64,000 bases of DNA from Catajapyx aquilonaris (lineage: Eukaryota). The DNA is taken from contig KZ538532.1 of assembly GCA_000934665.2 (NCBI GenBank), positions 1 to 64,000 of the forward strand. The letters run 5' to 3'. Positions 1 through 13,398 of this stretch are shown piece by piece (positions within the stretch are counted from its first letter, which is position 1; each line of letters opens with the position of its first letter). The position numbers and the translations under genes were made by a program. The notes under the pieces were generated by a model. It made no database searches, was not told where the DNA came from, and was given only the letters and a program-made list of their open reading frames with translations.

Positions 1-267
1 TGACGTCCAAGGCACCAGATGGACCATGGACCTGTAATGCAAGGGGGAAGCCTGCAAACGAAACACAGCTAATATTTTCGATGGCGCCGAAGTGGGCAAT
101 TTTACACGTGGCTGCTACGATAATCGTAAAGCGCTTCTATTAATAGCCATTATAAAACGACACTTGAAGTTGGACCACCCTGTATACAAGGCCATCTTCA
201 CATGTACAGGCTGGTAGATGAATTTAACCTTTTGAGTGCGGAAAGCCCTGTTGGGCTGGTACTATCA

Positions 268-374
268 GTCCAATAAGAATTGTCGCAGCGGCAGCGCACG
301 AACTACAATCTACGAGCACAGGGACACGAGAGACTGTAGTTCGTGCGCTGCCGCCGCGACAATTCTTGTTGGAC
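268..374. mobile_element. Short palindromic MITE-like element
   Basis: gtccaataagaattgtcgcagcggcagcgcacgaactaca ... tgtagttcgtgcgctgccgccgcgacaattcttgttggac: ~40-bp near-perfect inverted arms. Confidence 0.6.
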
Positions 375-580
375 AGCAGGTACCACTAGTTTTCTATATG
401 GTCCTTATCGCTCATCTTTGGATGACTCGAGTCAGAATTAAATCCCACATCTACATCATGAACAGCAAGGCCCAGCATGTTGAATGGGCTGATGCAGCCC
501 CCTGCAACTCATACGATACGGTAGTGTAATATAAAAGTCTCTGTCCGCTGCGCTGGCACATCCCCACAGGGATCCTGTGG

Positions 581-3500
581 TTAGGTGTGGATGCTCGCAG
601 ACGCCTGAACCAATCCGAAACATTCTTTCCACTGCATCTGGGTCTGGAGGGCATTTGCAGATCGCCAGTCAGCCACTCGAACCACAAGATCCCTGTGCCA
701 GCTCCAAATTCCAGGCTGGGGAAGACTTTTATATTAAACAACCGTCACCATAAGGCTAGATAGGGAGTTGCGGGGGGCCGGGCTGACAGCTTTCCCTTTT
801 GACTCGACTACTCTTACTATTAGGAAATTATAACCAATCTGAGCGATCAAGATGCAATGAATCACAAATGTACACTCATGCTATTCGCGATACTGAATTC
901 AAATATGCAATGAAAAATTATGAAATTCCGTTATTTATGGAAATAAATTCCGCAGGTAAAAAATGCCAGCGATGACTCATCAGCTTATTGCCTTGCGAGT
1001 CTGGAACCATTGAGCTTATCTTGCCCGAGATGTCCAAATGTGGCACAGCCTATGCCCGGATATAGCTCGGCAAGCAAATTTCGATCTTATTAATTGAATA
1101 TAGTATAGATGACCCAGACTGAAAAGGTTAATGTGTGTGGTTTGCATCAATCTATGGCTTGAGAAATCTGAAGGGAAAGTTATCTTATTAGCCCCAAAAT
1201 ATTAATTATGTACTTAAGTAACACATTATGCTTCTTATCCTCTTTTCCACAGGCTTAGTGAGAATAGTTCAAAACATATGAATGAGAATAAAAGAGTAAT
1301 TCGCAACTTTTTAAATTCCAAAGCTTCACCACAGAAACTCAAACTGACATACTCATATGAAAGGGCAAGTCTTCATCAATTTTTCAATGTAGTCAGCATA
1401 CACAGGGATGCACTTGTCCCATTGTAGTGGGAGACTAGTAGTTTTTCCATGCCACTGCAGAAGAAAGCATCAGGCTGGCTGCAATGCCTATTTAACTTCC
1501 TAAATGTTGCAGAAGTGTTGACTGGCCAGGTGCTTCTTCCAAACCATACTCGCTTGCTTACCATCTTGATTAGGCTACCTTCTCTTCGGAGTTTTGGACC
1601 GGTGACAAAGCACCTGGCCATTCAACACTTCAGTGACCATGAGAAAGTGAAACATGCCATCCTCCACTGGCTTCACAGCCAGCCTGACACTTTCTTCTGC
1701 AGTGGCATGGGAAAACTAGTATCCTGGTGGGACAAGTGCATCACTATGTATGCTGACTACATTGAAAAGTAAAGAAAGACTTGCCCTTTCTTATGCATGT
1801 ATCAGTTTCAGTATCTGTAGTGACGATTCGGAATTCAAAAAGTTGTAAATTACTTTTTGATTCACCCTCGTATAAGAAAAGGTTTGAAGTGATTTTTGCA
1901 GTTCTGTACAATAAACTCAACCCATCCCAGTTTCACCTGTTCGGAATCATCTCTGTGCTTTCTTTCCTGATGGTGTCCATTGGATCCTCCATTCCATGCA
2001 GACGAGTCCAGAACCCCTATAAGCATATACATCACACTCACAAGCTGTGCAAAAAGCAATGATGAAAAGGACACAAACAAAAAAGTGCAAGAAACCTGTT
2101 TCACAAGATCTGCTTCATATCTAATCTTCTTCTCAACATCAGGATCCCAGAACTGGAAGTATTCCCTGGGCTTTGTCATTTTACTCACACTCTGTCCACT
2201 AATTACCAATTCTTGCAATTTGGCAGCCAACTTCATGGCCGGCATATAATCAGGGCGCTCTTTGAAGCCCGGTGGTGGTCTTATGCGACGGGCTGTCACT
2301 TCTGGCAGGTCAATATCCTGAGACGATCCAAAATGAGCACGGTCATATGGCTTGCATCCAATAATTTTGTCTGCATTTAGGAATGTGTAAGGGTTTGTTG
2401 GGATCATTGGATTGCATTGCATGCAGGGTTCTGAAATGCATACATGCCTCTCTGAATCGTCTATGGAGGTCAGTTCATAATTTTTTGCCACATTTTGGAA
2501 TGGATAGAGTTTCACTGGCATGAGTGGGTTGCATTGCATGCAGGGTTCTGAAATGCATATATGCCTCTCTGAAGCCTCTACAGATGCCAGTGCATCATCT
2601 TTGTTCACATTTAGGAATGGATAGGGGTTCATTTGGATATGTGGGTTGCATTCCTTGCAGGTTTCCAGATTGCATGTATGCCCCTGTGATGCCTCAACAG
2701 ATGGCAGTGCATCATTTTTGTCCACATTTTGGAATGGATAGGGGATCATTTGGATGAATGGGTTGCATTCCTTGCAGGCTGCCGATTTGCATATATGCCT
2801 CTCTGAAGCCTCAACGAGTGCTGGTTCATCATTCCTGGGGCTGTTGCACTTCTTGCCGTAATTCCTGCATTCCTTGCCATCTGATTTGCATACATGCCTC
2901 TCTGAAGCCTCAACGGGTGCTAGTGCTTTATTCCCGCGACTGTCATAATTCCCGCGCCTGTCATCATTCCTGGGCCTGACTAAGGTTTCAGTTACTGATG
3001 CATCAGTACAGGAGGAGCTGTCATCAGCATAATAATCTTGTCCAGACAGCTCAGTCACCTCTGGTGATGCCACCTGGTTTCCAAGACGTAATGTGGGTCG
3101 AAATCTGCATGCAGTGTGACAGTTATGTGGAAGTGAGGTGCAGAAATAAAATAAAATATGACAGTTTAGCATTCAGAAAACTAATAAATAAATATTTAAA
3201 AATCCAACACCTAATCTACAAGAAGTGCTTCAGCTCTGGAAGAATATGGAATGTGCAGGTACTGCAGTAATTGATCAACTGCATAGAAATATGCCTGGTG
3301 AAATAATGGAATCCACTTACTAGCATTCTGCATCCTTTAGAAGAGCAATTTTAATTTGTTAGCATTTAAAATAATGTATGCTTCATTTTAGCTTCTAATA
3401 ACAAACAATTAAGCAGGAAAATAATTAATTTACATTGCAGAAGGATGTCAAAATATGCCACAAGCTTCAGCTAATATTTCCCTTCAAGGAGAGTGAACAA

Positions 3501-4635
3501 ATATTGTGCAATAGGTGTGATATAAATTATCAAATCCATTAAACTAATGGTGCAGCTGCTATGGTGCGCAACAGTACCAGTATGTGCTAAACAGTGACTA
3601 GGCACACTTTGTACAAAAACAGCTTGATGATAGGAAACATCAGAACTCCATACCCCTCAACATGTGCTGCTCGTATGTCCTCATCGTCATCTTCATCATC
3701 ATCCTCATCATCGTCTTCATCCTGGGAGCCTTCTGAGCCATCCTGTTGCAAAGGAGCTATGGTTTGCCTATTTGGAACGCTGGGCCCACAGCTTGTGCTA
3801 GCTTCTATTGCCTGGTGAAATGCAAAGTGTCATTAGTTTCCAGTTAATCATAAAGAAGATCCCTGTACACTAATATGAAAGATTCATTGCAGTCAAGGTG
3901 AATAAAATGTGACATAAATGCAAGTGAAGTAAGAATGGAATAATGACAGCACAGTGCACTTCAAGAGTAATAATTGCAGCGAGATGGCAGTTTTCAAATA
4001 ATTTATTTTGGAACAATTCACTTCCACGTAAGCAGCTGAAATAGTTCTGCACTAAAATTAATTGTTTCAATTTACTTGGATTCAAATTTTATTATCATTA
4101 AAATAAAATTATTTACATTAGGAGTACAGTGACTTCTCACTATCCTGTACGTTAAAACACTCCATTCTTCCTATATTTTGTATTTTTGCAAGGAACAGCA
4201 ATTGGCTCACATCTGTATTGTTGGAAATAATATTAATAGGTATGATATGGAATCTGTAGGACACCTATTTTGCATGGTCCATTAAGATTCTTGGTGCAAA
4301 TGGTGATTGATAATGTGTGCCTGGCGAGGTGGAGTGATACTGCTGTAACGTGCAAGTCTACAGATGGAAGGGTCCCAGGTTTGATCCCAAGTCCTGGCTT
4401 TCCCCCCATTTCAGCTTGTGTGGAGATGGGTCATCTCTGGCTCTGGCTTGGAAGGAATCTCCACTAGACCAATCCACCCAGCTAATTCACAAAATGACTA
4501 CATCAAACATTGCACTTGTACCTTGCACCTCCCTCCTAGACACCCTGCCCATGGACCCAGGAGCCCCGCAAAAAGTTCTGATGTATACTATGGTGTAATA
4601 CAGGTCCATGCTACATACCTTACAAGCAGGTCAAG

Positions 4636-4698
<63 letters not shown>

Positions 4699-7600
4699 CA
4701 TCATCATCAACCTTAACCTTTAACCTTAAATATTTTTTTCTATTTATACTTGTATATTAGGGGTGTCCAAATGAAAAGGCAATGAGTGTTGTAGCACACA
4801 CCCCAGCATATGAAAAATTCGAGTGTGCCAATTTGTTACTGGTTCCATGTGCGACTTCATACGTCTGTTACATGTGTATGACGTTAGGCATTCTTGAACC
4901 GGATTTTTTAATTGCTAGCAGGGTGAGTCACGTGTCTGTCCAATGTGAGACCAGAAGTCCACCAAGTCCCTCGAATCGTAAGAATTGACCATTGTTGGGA
5001 CGAACAAGTAGTGACTGGACATGAAACTTCAGGAGCACCTCCAACACCTCTCTGGAATTGGTCAAGTCCAAGACCTTGACTTCCAGAGTGATGTTGAGAT
5101 CCTCTTGCAAGAAGCACACGTGGTTAAAACGTGACCGCAGCAACGGAGACATTGCAGAATTCACTATAAATTTTAGCAAAACATACAACAACAAAACAAT
5201 TTCTATCTACTCGTTCGTCCCAACAGTGGTCACTTCTAACGATTCGAGAGACCTGGTGGACCTCTGGTCATGCAACAAAGGCTCAAGTTGTAAACAGATG
5301 GATTCACGACTCACCCTGCTAGCTATCAAAAATTCCTGTTCAAGAATGCCTGACATCATACACATGTAATGCACATGTGAATTCATGTATGGAAGCAGTA
5401 ACAAATTGACATACTCAGCTTTTTTATATCATGATGGGGTGTGTGCTACAATGCTCATCACCTTTTCATTTGGATACCCCATATAGCATTGGTATGCAAC
5501 AACATATTTTTTTCAGCCACTTTGTTCACAAACACTGGCATGTAATAAACTTGATGAGTTATCGCACTTTTCAAAGGGTTGCCACATGGTGCAAAATGTA
5601 CTGAGCAATGATCACATGCATTAAATGTCAGTTTCAGTGTTCCCTGTTGCACCAAAAAAGGTCAAATCAATCCATCACTTTAGTGAACAATATGCAACTC
5701 AAAAATTAGTCATGTACCAATCCCATAAAAAATATATAAAAATAATTTCAGGGTTATAAGTGCCTCCTGTGGCCATATAAAAGCTGAAAAAATTTATTGC
5801 AACAACCCTTTAACCGCAGTATCTCAGCTGTATGCCTAGTTTGCAGTACTTTAGTGGAAAAAACCGCCTTGCACTCCAGCAAGCAGCACATCCAGGCGAG
5901 GGTGGAAGCATGCGCAATCATGATTTGATTCAAGAACGCTTCCACCTGCCCGCGCTTGCTTGGAAATTTGGGGAAACTTGCCAGGGTACAATCAAGTTTT
6001 TTCCAGCAGAGCAATTCCACGTAAAAGTAAACATCTGGGACAAAAATTGAAAATGACTTGTTGGCAATGTGTGATACGTCGTTGGAATCAGAAAGAACCC
6101 AAATTTCGGCTTCTGAAATATATTTTGACATGGAACCTGAACTGGTAAAAGAAATTGCACTTGTCTACTAAATGCCCTGTGAAAGTCATGACTTGAAACC
6201 CCCGTTTTCCCATTTAAATCTTGCGTCAAAGTTCAAAAATTGTGTGCGATGTGTGGGGTGTAACATATGGAATTGCTCAGCACTGTACTAGCTTTCATAT
6301 TTTTCTAGTACACACTATCAAGTACCCTTGGCACCAAAAATCTTACACTTAGTGAAACAAGAAAAATAGGTATCATACAGATTACCTATCTTACTTGCTA
6401 ACATCCTCTCACATATTCTCATAAGTCGTATTGGCCCACTGATTTCAAGGCAATAGAAGGTACAGTGTTGGACATTAATCGAGTCATACTGCTAGTGACA
6501 TTTTCCGAAGCGGCAGAAGAACTAATCTTGCTAGCATGGCTTGCACTATCCATATCTTCAATTCGTTTTTCTGCCACTTCGGAAAATGTCGCTAGCAGTA
6601 TGACTCGATTAATGTCCAACACTGTACACAAAGGCATAGAACTCTTTTTAAGGAAACAAATAAACAACAAAAAATTACAAACAAGTGTGGATATCTAATT
6701 CTTCCTTAAACTTCTATTTATTGATTACTGCTGTTCAAAGGGTTGTAAAATACCTATTGAACTACTATATTAGGTTGCTGACGTGCTCCCTGTGATTGGT
6801 CCAAATTATTGAAGAGTTTGTTTTCGCTCTGAAAGCATGTCATTATTTGCATAATAATGAAGAGCACATTTGAAAACTCTTTCAACCTTTCCTGTAGCTG
6901 ACTCACTGTTTTTCACACTCCACAACATAGTGAATATATGTGCACTTTCTTCTACATGCACACAAACACACACACACACACATAGTTCATCAAACAAGTA
7001 AAATATGCCAAGTGGTTGTGTGCACAGAATATTTCTTTCCACATAATTTTCTACCTGCTCCCCTTCACCAGTTTTCGCTTCTCGACCTATTTCTTCCATT
7101 TTATTTTGCACTTCATCTCCATTTCCATTACCCAAGACTTTTACTTCTTCTTCTTTCATCTCTGCATTCTTGGGCTATTGTAGAATCAAATAACTAAACT
7201 AGACAACTTGAAAGACGAAGTCACTCAAAAATTATTTACTGGAACTAGGATGTAGAGCCAGGGTATGTGACACTGCTGATAAATTTTTAACCTTCTGATT
7301 CCCGTTTGTGTGTGATAATTCACAAAAATTCACATCTGCTACTTGACAACCAAAAATGCCTGATCAAGGGGGCCACAACATGCTGAAAGATCTGGCATAC
7401 CTGCCCATATCCATTTTGAGCATGCGAATTGGCGTAATTCTCAGAGAGATCATAGCTTATAGCAAAATACCTCCCACTCCCCAGGGACGGACCCATTCCG
7501 GACCATGGCAATGGGGTGTCCATGGCAACAGAGTTACCATAGCAATGAGACTCCATGGAAACAGGCAGTGCGAAGCACTGGCTCTAATTCTAGTTGCTTC

Positions 7601-10600
7601 AATTTTTTCCTCCAACTTATCCCACAACCATGCATTTTCCTCAACTGAGAGTTATGATCTGTATTGGTTATTCCAAATCTTAAGCTAGTAGAGATAGGTT
7701 ATAAATGGTGCAGAACAAGCACAAAACCAAAACTGGCTAAAAAGAAGCAGTAACATGATGCATGATGATCGAAATCCAGTAGCACACATAATTATATATT
7801 ACCAGGGATAATGTCATAATATCAAATGAACTGTATCTAGGTGGGCATTTAGAAGCCTTGTGCTAAATAAAGGATGTTTGCAGATGTTTGTTATCCATGC
7901 CCGTTTTTGTGTACCAAAAAGATAGGTCTATTAATTTATGGTCCAGTGTATTACTGGTGCAAAGACTGCATTCATTTATTCCAGTGCACAATTAGTAGGG
8001 GACTGTGGCCTAGCTGCACTGCATACATTACCCAATGTCAGAGTTGGTACACACTCTGATTGGAGTGTAAGACTGGTGGGACCAGTGTAAAGTTTGTAAG
8101 GAAACCTTATACATTGGCTTACACCATGACATCATTACACTTCAATATGATGTCACGTACACTGCCCCTTACACTACATGAGACAATAAATCAACAGACC
8201 TATTGTTTTCCATTGCATCTCACAGGAATATAAAATCTAACCTTAGTAAGACGGATGGTTTTTCGCGTTTTTGCAAGTATCTGCAAAAAATTCACATTCG
8301 TTGGGACTTGGGGGATGAGACTTCAAAACACTAGTGAATAAGATCATATAGTGTCCAGGCTTGATCCTGAGGCCATCGATGTGACCCTCCTCTCATGTGT
8401 AGGCAGTGGAAACTCTCATATGTACAACAAGGTGGCGTAGAGGGTTAAGTTTCGCGCCTACTCCAATTTTTTGTCACTCTGCCTGCTTGACAAAAAATTA
8501 TCGGTATGTAGCCTTTGCACCTCTGAACAAAGCAGTACATAAACACATAGCATGAATTACGGCACAGACCTGTCAAGGGAGGTGTGTTGATAAACACTCT
8601 TGGGTATAAACATCCTTGAGCCATAGCTATTCATAACCCTCACGGATCATGCGTCCCTCGAGCCATACAGGGGCCTGTGTTGAAGTGCGCAGACGCCGGG
8701 CAGCTGCTAATTGGCATTTACAAACATTATTTATTTATTTTAAAACTATTGAATCATCTTTTGCACTAATTTTAGGGTGGAATCTCTTGAGGAGGTTTGG
8801 GGCCAACTATGTATGCCGAAAATTTGCCGGTCAAGGTCGTTTTTTTGTTTTTTTTTTGAAGTTTTTTTCAGCGGCCGCAAAAAGATGTTTTCATTCAAGT
8901 TAATCTGGTTTATTTATCAACGATTTTGTAGTCCAAAACTCGCGATTTTTTACGCGAGAGAAAATTTAAAAAGCCACACAGAAACCACGTTACATAGTGG
9001 GAAAACGCTCTAGTTTCGCCAGCAGAATTTTTTAAAGCCACTGTCACAGCATATGTGACGCCCGTCTTATTAGGGCTAATTTGTATCTTTTTTTTACAAC
9101 AGAAAAGTTTTACAGAGCTGGCTGACTGCTTATATGTCGCAGGTTACTTGCCTATCATAAAAGGGGGTCGCGACCTGAAACAGGTTGGGAACCGATACCC
9201 TAAAGTGCCACAAATGACATATTTGTGGGTAAGGCTTAAGTTTCAGTGGGTGGGCAGTCACAGTGTTATTGGCCATTGGCCTGTACCTCTGGAGGCTAAA
9301 AAATAAACACCTTCATTCTTAACTAACAGTGCAGAAATCCACAGCAGTAGTGTTCATCCAAGTACTCTCCGATTCACATAAGAGTGAACCTTTTTCGATA
9401 TGCATATGCCCGAGGGGTCGGTGAACCACCCGAAAATATAGTGCCCAACATGCCGGGCCCTACTGCTCCTCACAACAAAATGTGCAGTTTGTGTAGAACT
9501 GCAGCTACCGCATGGGCTGCCCATGATAATTAGGCATTCGAATTACATGTTCCAGCACGGTTTCTTCAAGAAAGCCAGCGATACCAGGGACTAATTTTGC
9601 AGCGAGGTAGCTCGCCGACCCCTCGGGTGTATGGATATCCAAAAAGGTTCATACTTATGTGAATCGGAGTGTAGATGGGACTTAACAGCTCTCCACTTAG
9701 GTGGCAGTAGCTTTTGGATAGATCCCTGTCCTTTCAAAGTTCCAAGATGATTTGATAGCAGTGTCCAAGTAGGGTTTATATGCCCAGCTACACCTTGGCC
9801 TTTGCAGCTGAAGTCCCCACTGCCCCAAATCTCCTCTTCCCCAAGCCCTTCAATTGGTTCCAGTGCCATTCCACAGTCATGCTCTAGTGGGATTCCATTC
9901 AGACACACATTATATGAGCAGGCAGCAAGCCATTTGATTATTGGAACTGCATGGAACAGTGATAGGTAGAGTGCGGTTGCAATGTACACTATTGAAAAAA
10001 ACTGCCTTGTAGCCCCACAAGCAGCGCCACATGTGAGCATGGGTGGAAGCATGCATTAATCAAGTTGCACTGGTGGACGTGGGTTACCAGGTTGAGTCAT
10101 GCATGCTTCCACCCATACCCACACTTGGTGCTGCTTGTGGGAGTACAAGGCAGTTTTTTTTCCAGCAGTGAACATGGAGTATGAAATCAACTTCTCAAAT
10201 GCCACTTGTTGCCAGATGCTGATTTCAATACTTTCTCCAGACACTCAGAAATTAGGCTGATCTAATTATGAAATACATTAATACGTATAAGGAATAACAA
10301 CCTTGAGAACTGTGCCAGACGAATTTGCTGAAATTGTTGTACTGCGAGAAATAAATAAATTTGGGAGTTTTCCGAAGTGCAAGAAAGCTGCAGAGAAGAA
10401 TGTAATTCTCGCAAAGTGCGACGATTTCAGCAAATTCGTCTGGCACAGTTCCCAAGGTTGTTATTCCTTATAATATATTAATGTATGTCATAATTAAAGC
10501 AGCCTAACAGTTGGCCGGTAGTACTGGAATTTCAAGCTTTTACAGGGATCTTTTCTAAAACTTATTTCGAGACGTCTAGACGAGTAAAATTATTTCCAAC

Positions 10601-13337
10601 ACATCCATAGTGTTTTGTAACTATTGCTGATATTAACTTATTTGTAAATTATCTTGTCCTTATCTTCAGAGTAAGTGTGAAAACCTAGGCGCTGGAAGTA
10701 TAGCTACTCTGCAGCGTTATTTTTGGAAATTTATTTAGGGACTTCCAGACTAGGAAAATTCTGCTAAGCACATTCATAGTGTTTTCCAGGGAGGCGAAGT
10801 GGCGCTGCAGTAACGTACGCGCCAACGGATGTTAAGGTCCCAGGTTCGATCCCAGCCCGGGGACACCCCCTTCATCTCGTGCAGAGTTTGGGCCATCTCT
10901 GGCTTCGTCTCGGGTGGGACTCCTTAGACTAACCATCCCGGGGGAGTTCACAAAATGACCTCACTCACGAAATTGCACTGCACTTTGCACATCCCCTCCT
11001 GTCATCCTGCCCGTGGGCCCAGACGCTTCAAATAATTGGCTCCATGTACATAATGGTTCAATAATTAAGGTTCCGTGTGATGTACCCCCACCGGGGGTGA
11101 AAGCACTTACCCAGGATTATTATATTATTATTATATTATATTATTATAGTGTTTTCCATGAACAAGTAAATATAGCTGTTATTATTTGCGAAATATCTTG
11201 TCCGTATCTTCCGAGTATGCATAAGTGAAAATCTAGGCATTTTCGGCCTTGCTGGTAGCGAAGGGGTTAACATTAGCAAACACTGTCTAACCTGATCACT
11301 CATATCATCTATATCTTCCTGATCATTGTGATCCATGTCATCATCACTCGCAGGCTGCTGCATGAGGCTCTCTCCTCCTTCAAACGGGCTGCGGTATAAG
11401 TTCTTGCTGTTGAACTCCCTGCTTGGAGGTGGCGTGGGTGTCTTAATAATATCTGCATTCACAGCGTCCACACTTTCATCATGTCCCGCCCCAATGGGAT
11501 TTTCCACCTATAAAATAAAGAATAAGTATCAGGATTTTTTTTTTAAACATGCAAAGTTATCTGCTGCATATGTGCATGCCACCTCTTAAATATAAATAAC
11601 ATATCAATAAAGACGCGCGGTATCAAGAATTGTCACACTTGGAAAGGCCTTAGCTAGAGTACTGCAGCTACAGGAAATGCAATTATTTTAGTAGTTCTAC
11701 AAATATTCAGATGTTTTCCAATTACTTTATTTATAAACACCCAACGATTATGCACTAGAATGATGACAAGTTCAGATGAAAATGCTACAAAGTAATCAGA
11801 AATGGGAGTTTTACTCAGTGCATTGCAATCATTTCTGTTTCTGTGTGTTTTGGGTTTATAGGATTCTGTTCTTGCGGAAATTAATGATGCCCAGACTTAT
11901 TTACAAAGTAAAGGATTGCATGTACAGTACAACAATGTGCTCAGAAGATGAGTGCTCATTGGTTAGGCATTGTTAATGTATACAAGGGGTGGTTTAGTGA
12001 ACGGTGGAGCTATTAAAGGTATGCTAAAGGACTGTGTGAAGAACTATGTATCGTTATGTCTTATGGAACCTCGCTGGCGATCTGGGAACAACTTACCCTA
12101 CGACGACGAATTCACGAGGGAAATATTTTCTTCACTGACCAGAGTACCGTATTTGACGGCATATAAGTCGCACTTTCCCCCCAAAAATAGCTCTAAAAGT
12201 CACCCTGCGTCTCATAATTATGTGAAAATACAATACGAACCTTTTTTTACTGAATATGATCTGCTGAAATGGGGGTGCATCTTATATGCCTTCAAATAAC
12301 TTATGGTAATTCAAGAGATTACCTTGAGATTTCTGCAGCTTCCTGAACTGGCTGAAAGATTTGCCTTCCTTACTCCATCACGATTTTTGGATGCCGGATG
12401 TGATTGTGATTTAGAATATGCTCCTGATGATATTGACAAGGAAGAGTTCAAAATTGAAAGGAAAAGACTTCATAGTTTCATTGCGGTTTCAAAGGAACAA
12501 GCTGGGATAATTTAAGGAATGAAAGTCCCCTTGAACACCTGAACTTCATTCAAAGCTCAGTCTAGGTATATCAGTGCCAAATAATATTGTCATAATGTTG
12601 CGGATTTTTCTAAAAGTCTGATGATGATGATGATTATTATTATTATTAATTCGTTTATTCCTTAGGTTTACACCCATCGGGAAGACTTCCCTAACACTTT
12701 ATACAGATAGTATACAGAACTACAATCACTGGTCAAGTCTGAGTATTAGTGTTGCCAGCTAATGAGGAGCTTTTTGAAGCTAAAATTAATTCAAAATTAT
12801 CTACGTTCCACTATGAACACTTGGAGGTTGGGTAATTTGGCTATATTGTCAAATGAGCAAGAATTGACTTAGAATCAAATTGATTTTGACAGTGTGATTA
12901 GTGATTTTGCTGCCCAAAAAGGAAGGAAAGTAAATTGTCGTTGCGATGAATATATGAAATAAACATATGAGGGGAGGTGTAGATGGCCGAGATGGTAACG
13001 TCTCGGCTTGCTGAGTGAAAGGCCCCAGGTTCGATCCCCGCCTGGGGAGTTTTCCTTTCACCTGTGTCAGGAGGGTCTCTGACCTGCACCTTGGAGGTGT
13101 CTGGCAACCTAACCTCTTGGGGAACAGCGCAAGACCCCTTTACAGACCTTGCACATGCACCCTATGTTCCCTCCTCCAAAATCCCAATCCTTACCCATGT
13201 CCCTGTCTCCTTGTACCGGTGAGCGAAGAAAAAATAGTACAGAGTTACTAGAATACTGCTGGTGGTGTGCCACCCCCCTAAAAAGGGAGCCTTATTAGGG
13301 GGGTGGCACACCACCATCAGTTTATCACGGGGTAATG

Positions 13338-13398
<61 letters not shown>

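Noticed and set aside
224..1131. Possible piggyBac element (TTAA-ccttttgag ... ctgaaaagg-TTAA) enclosing a candidate exon
   Set aside because: The TIR match is only ~9 bp and imperfect; the two ends cannot be shown to belong together
4418..4723. ORFs with poly-Ile (and poly-Tyr at 13162-13401)
   Set aside because: Translations of (ATT)n/(AAT)n SINE tails
10789..10865. tRNA-like sequences here and at 4323, 12971, 44411, 50324, 57215
   Set aside because: They continue into shared SINE bodies with simple-repeat tails and TSDs; not tRNA genes
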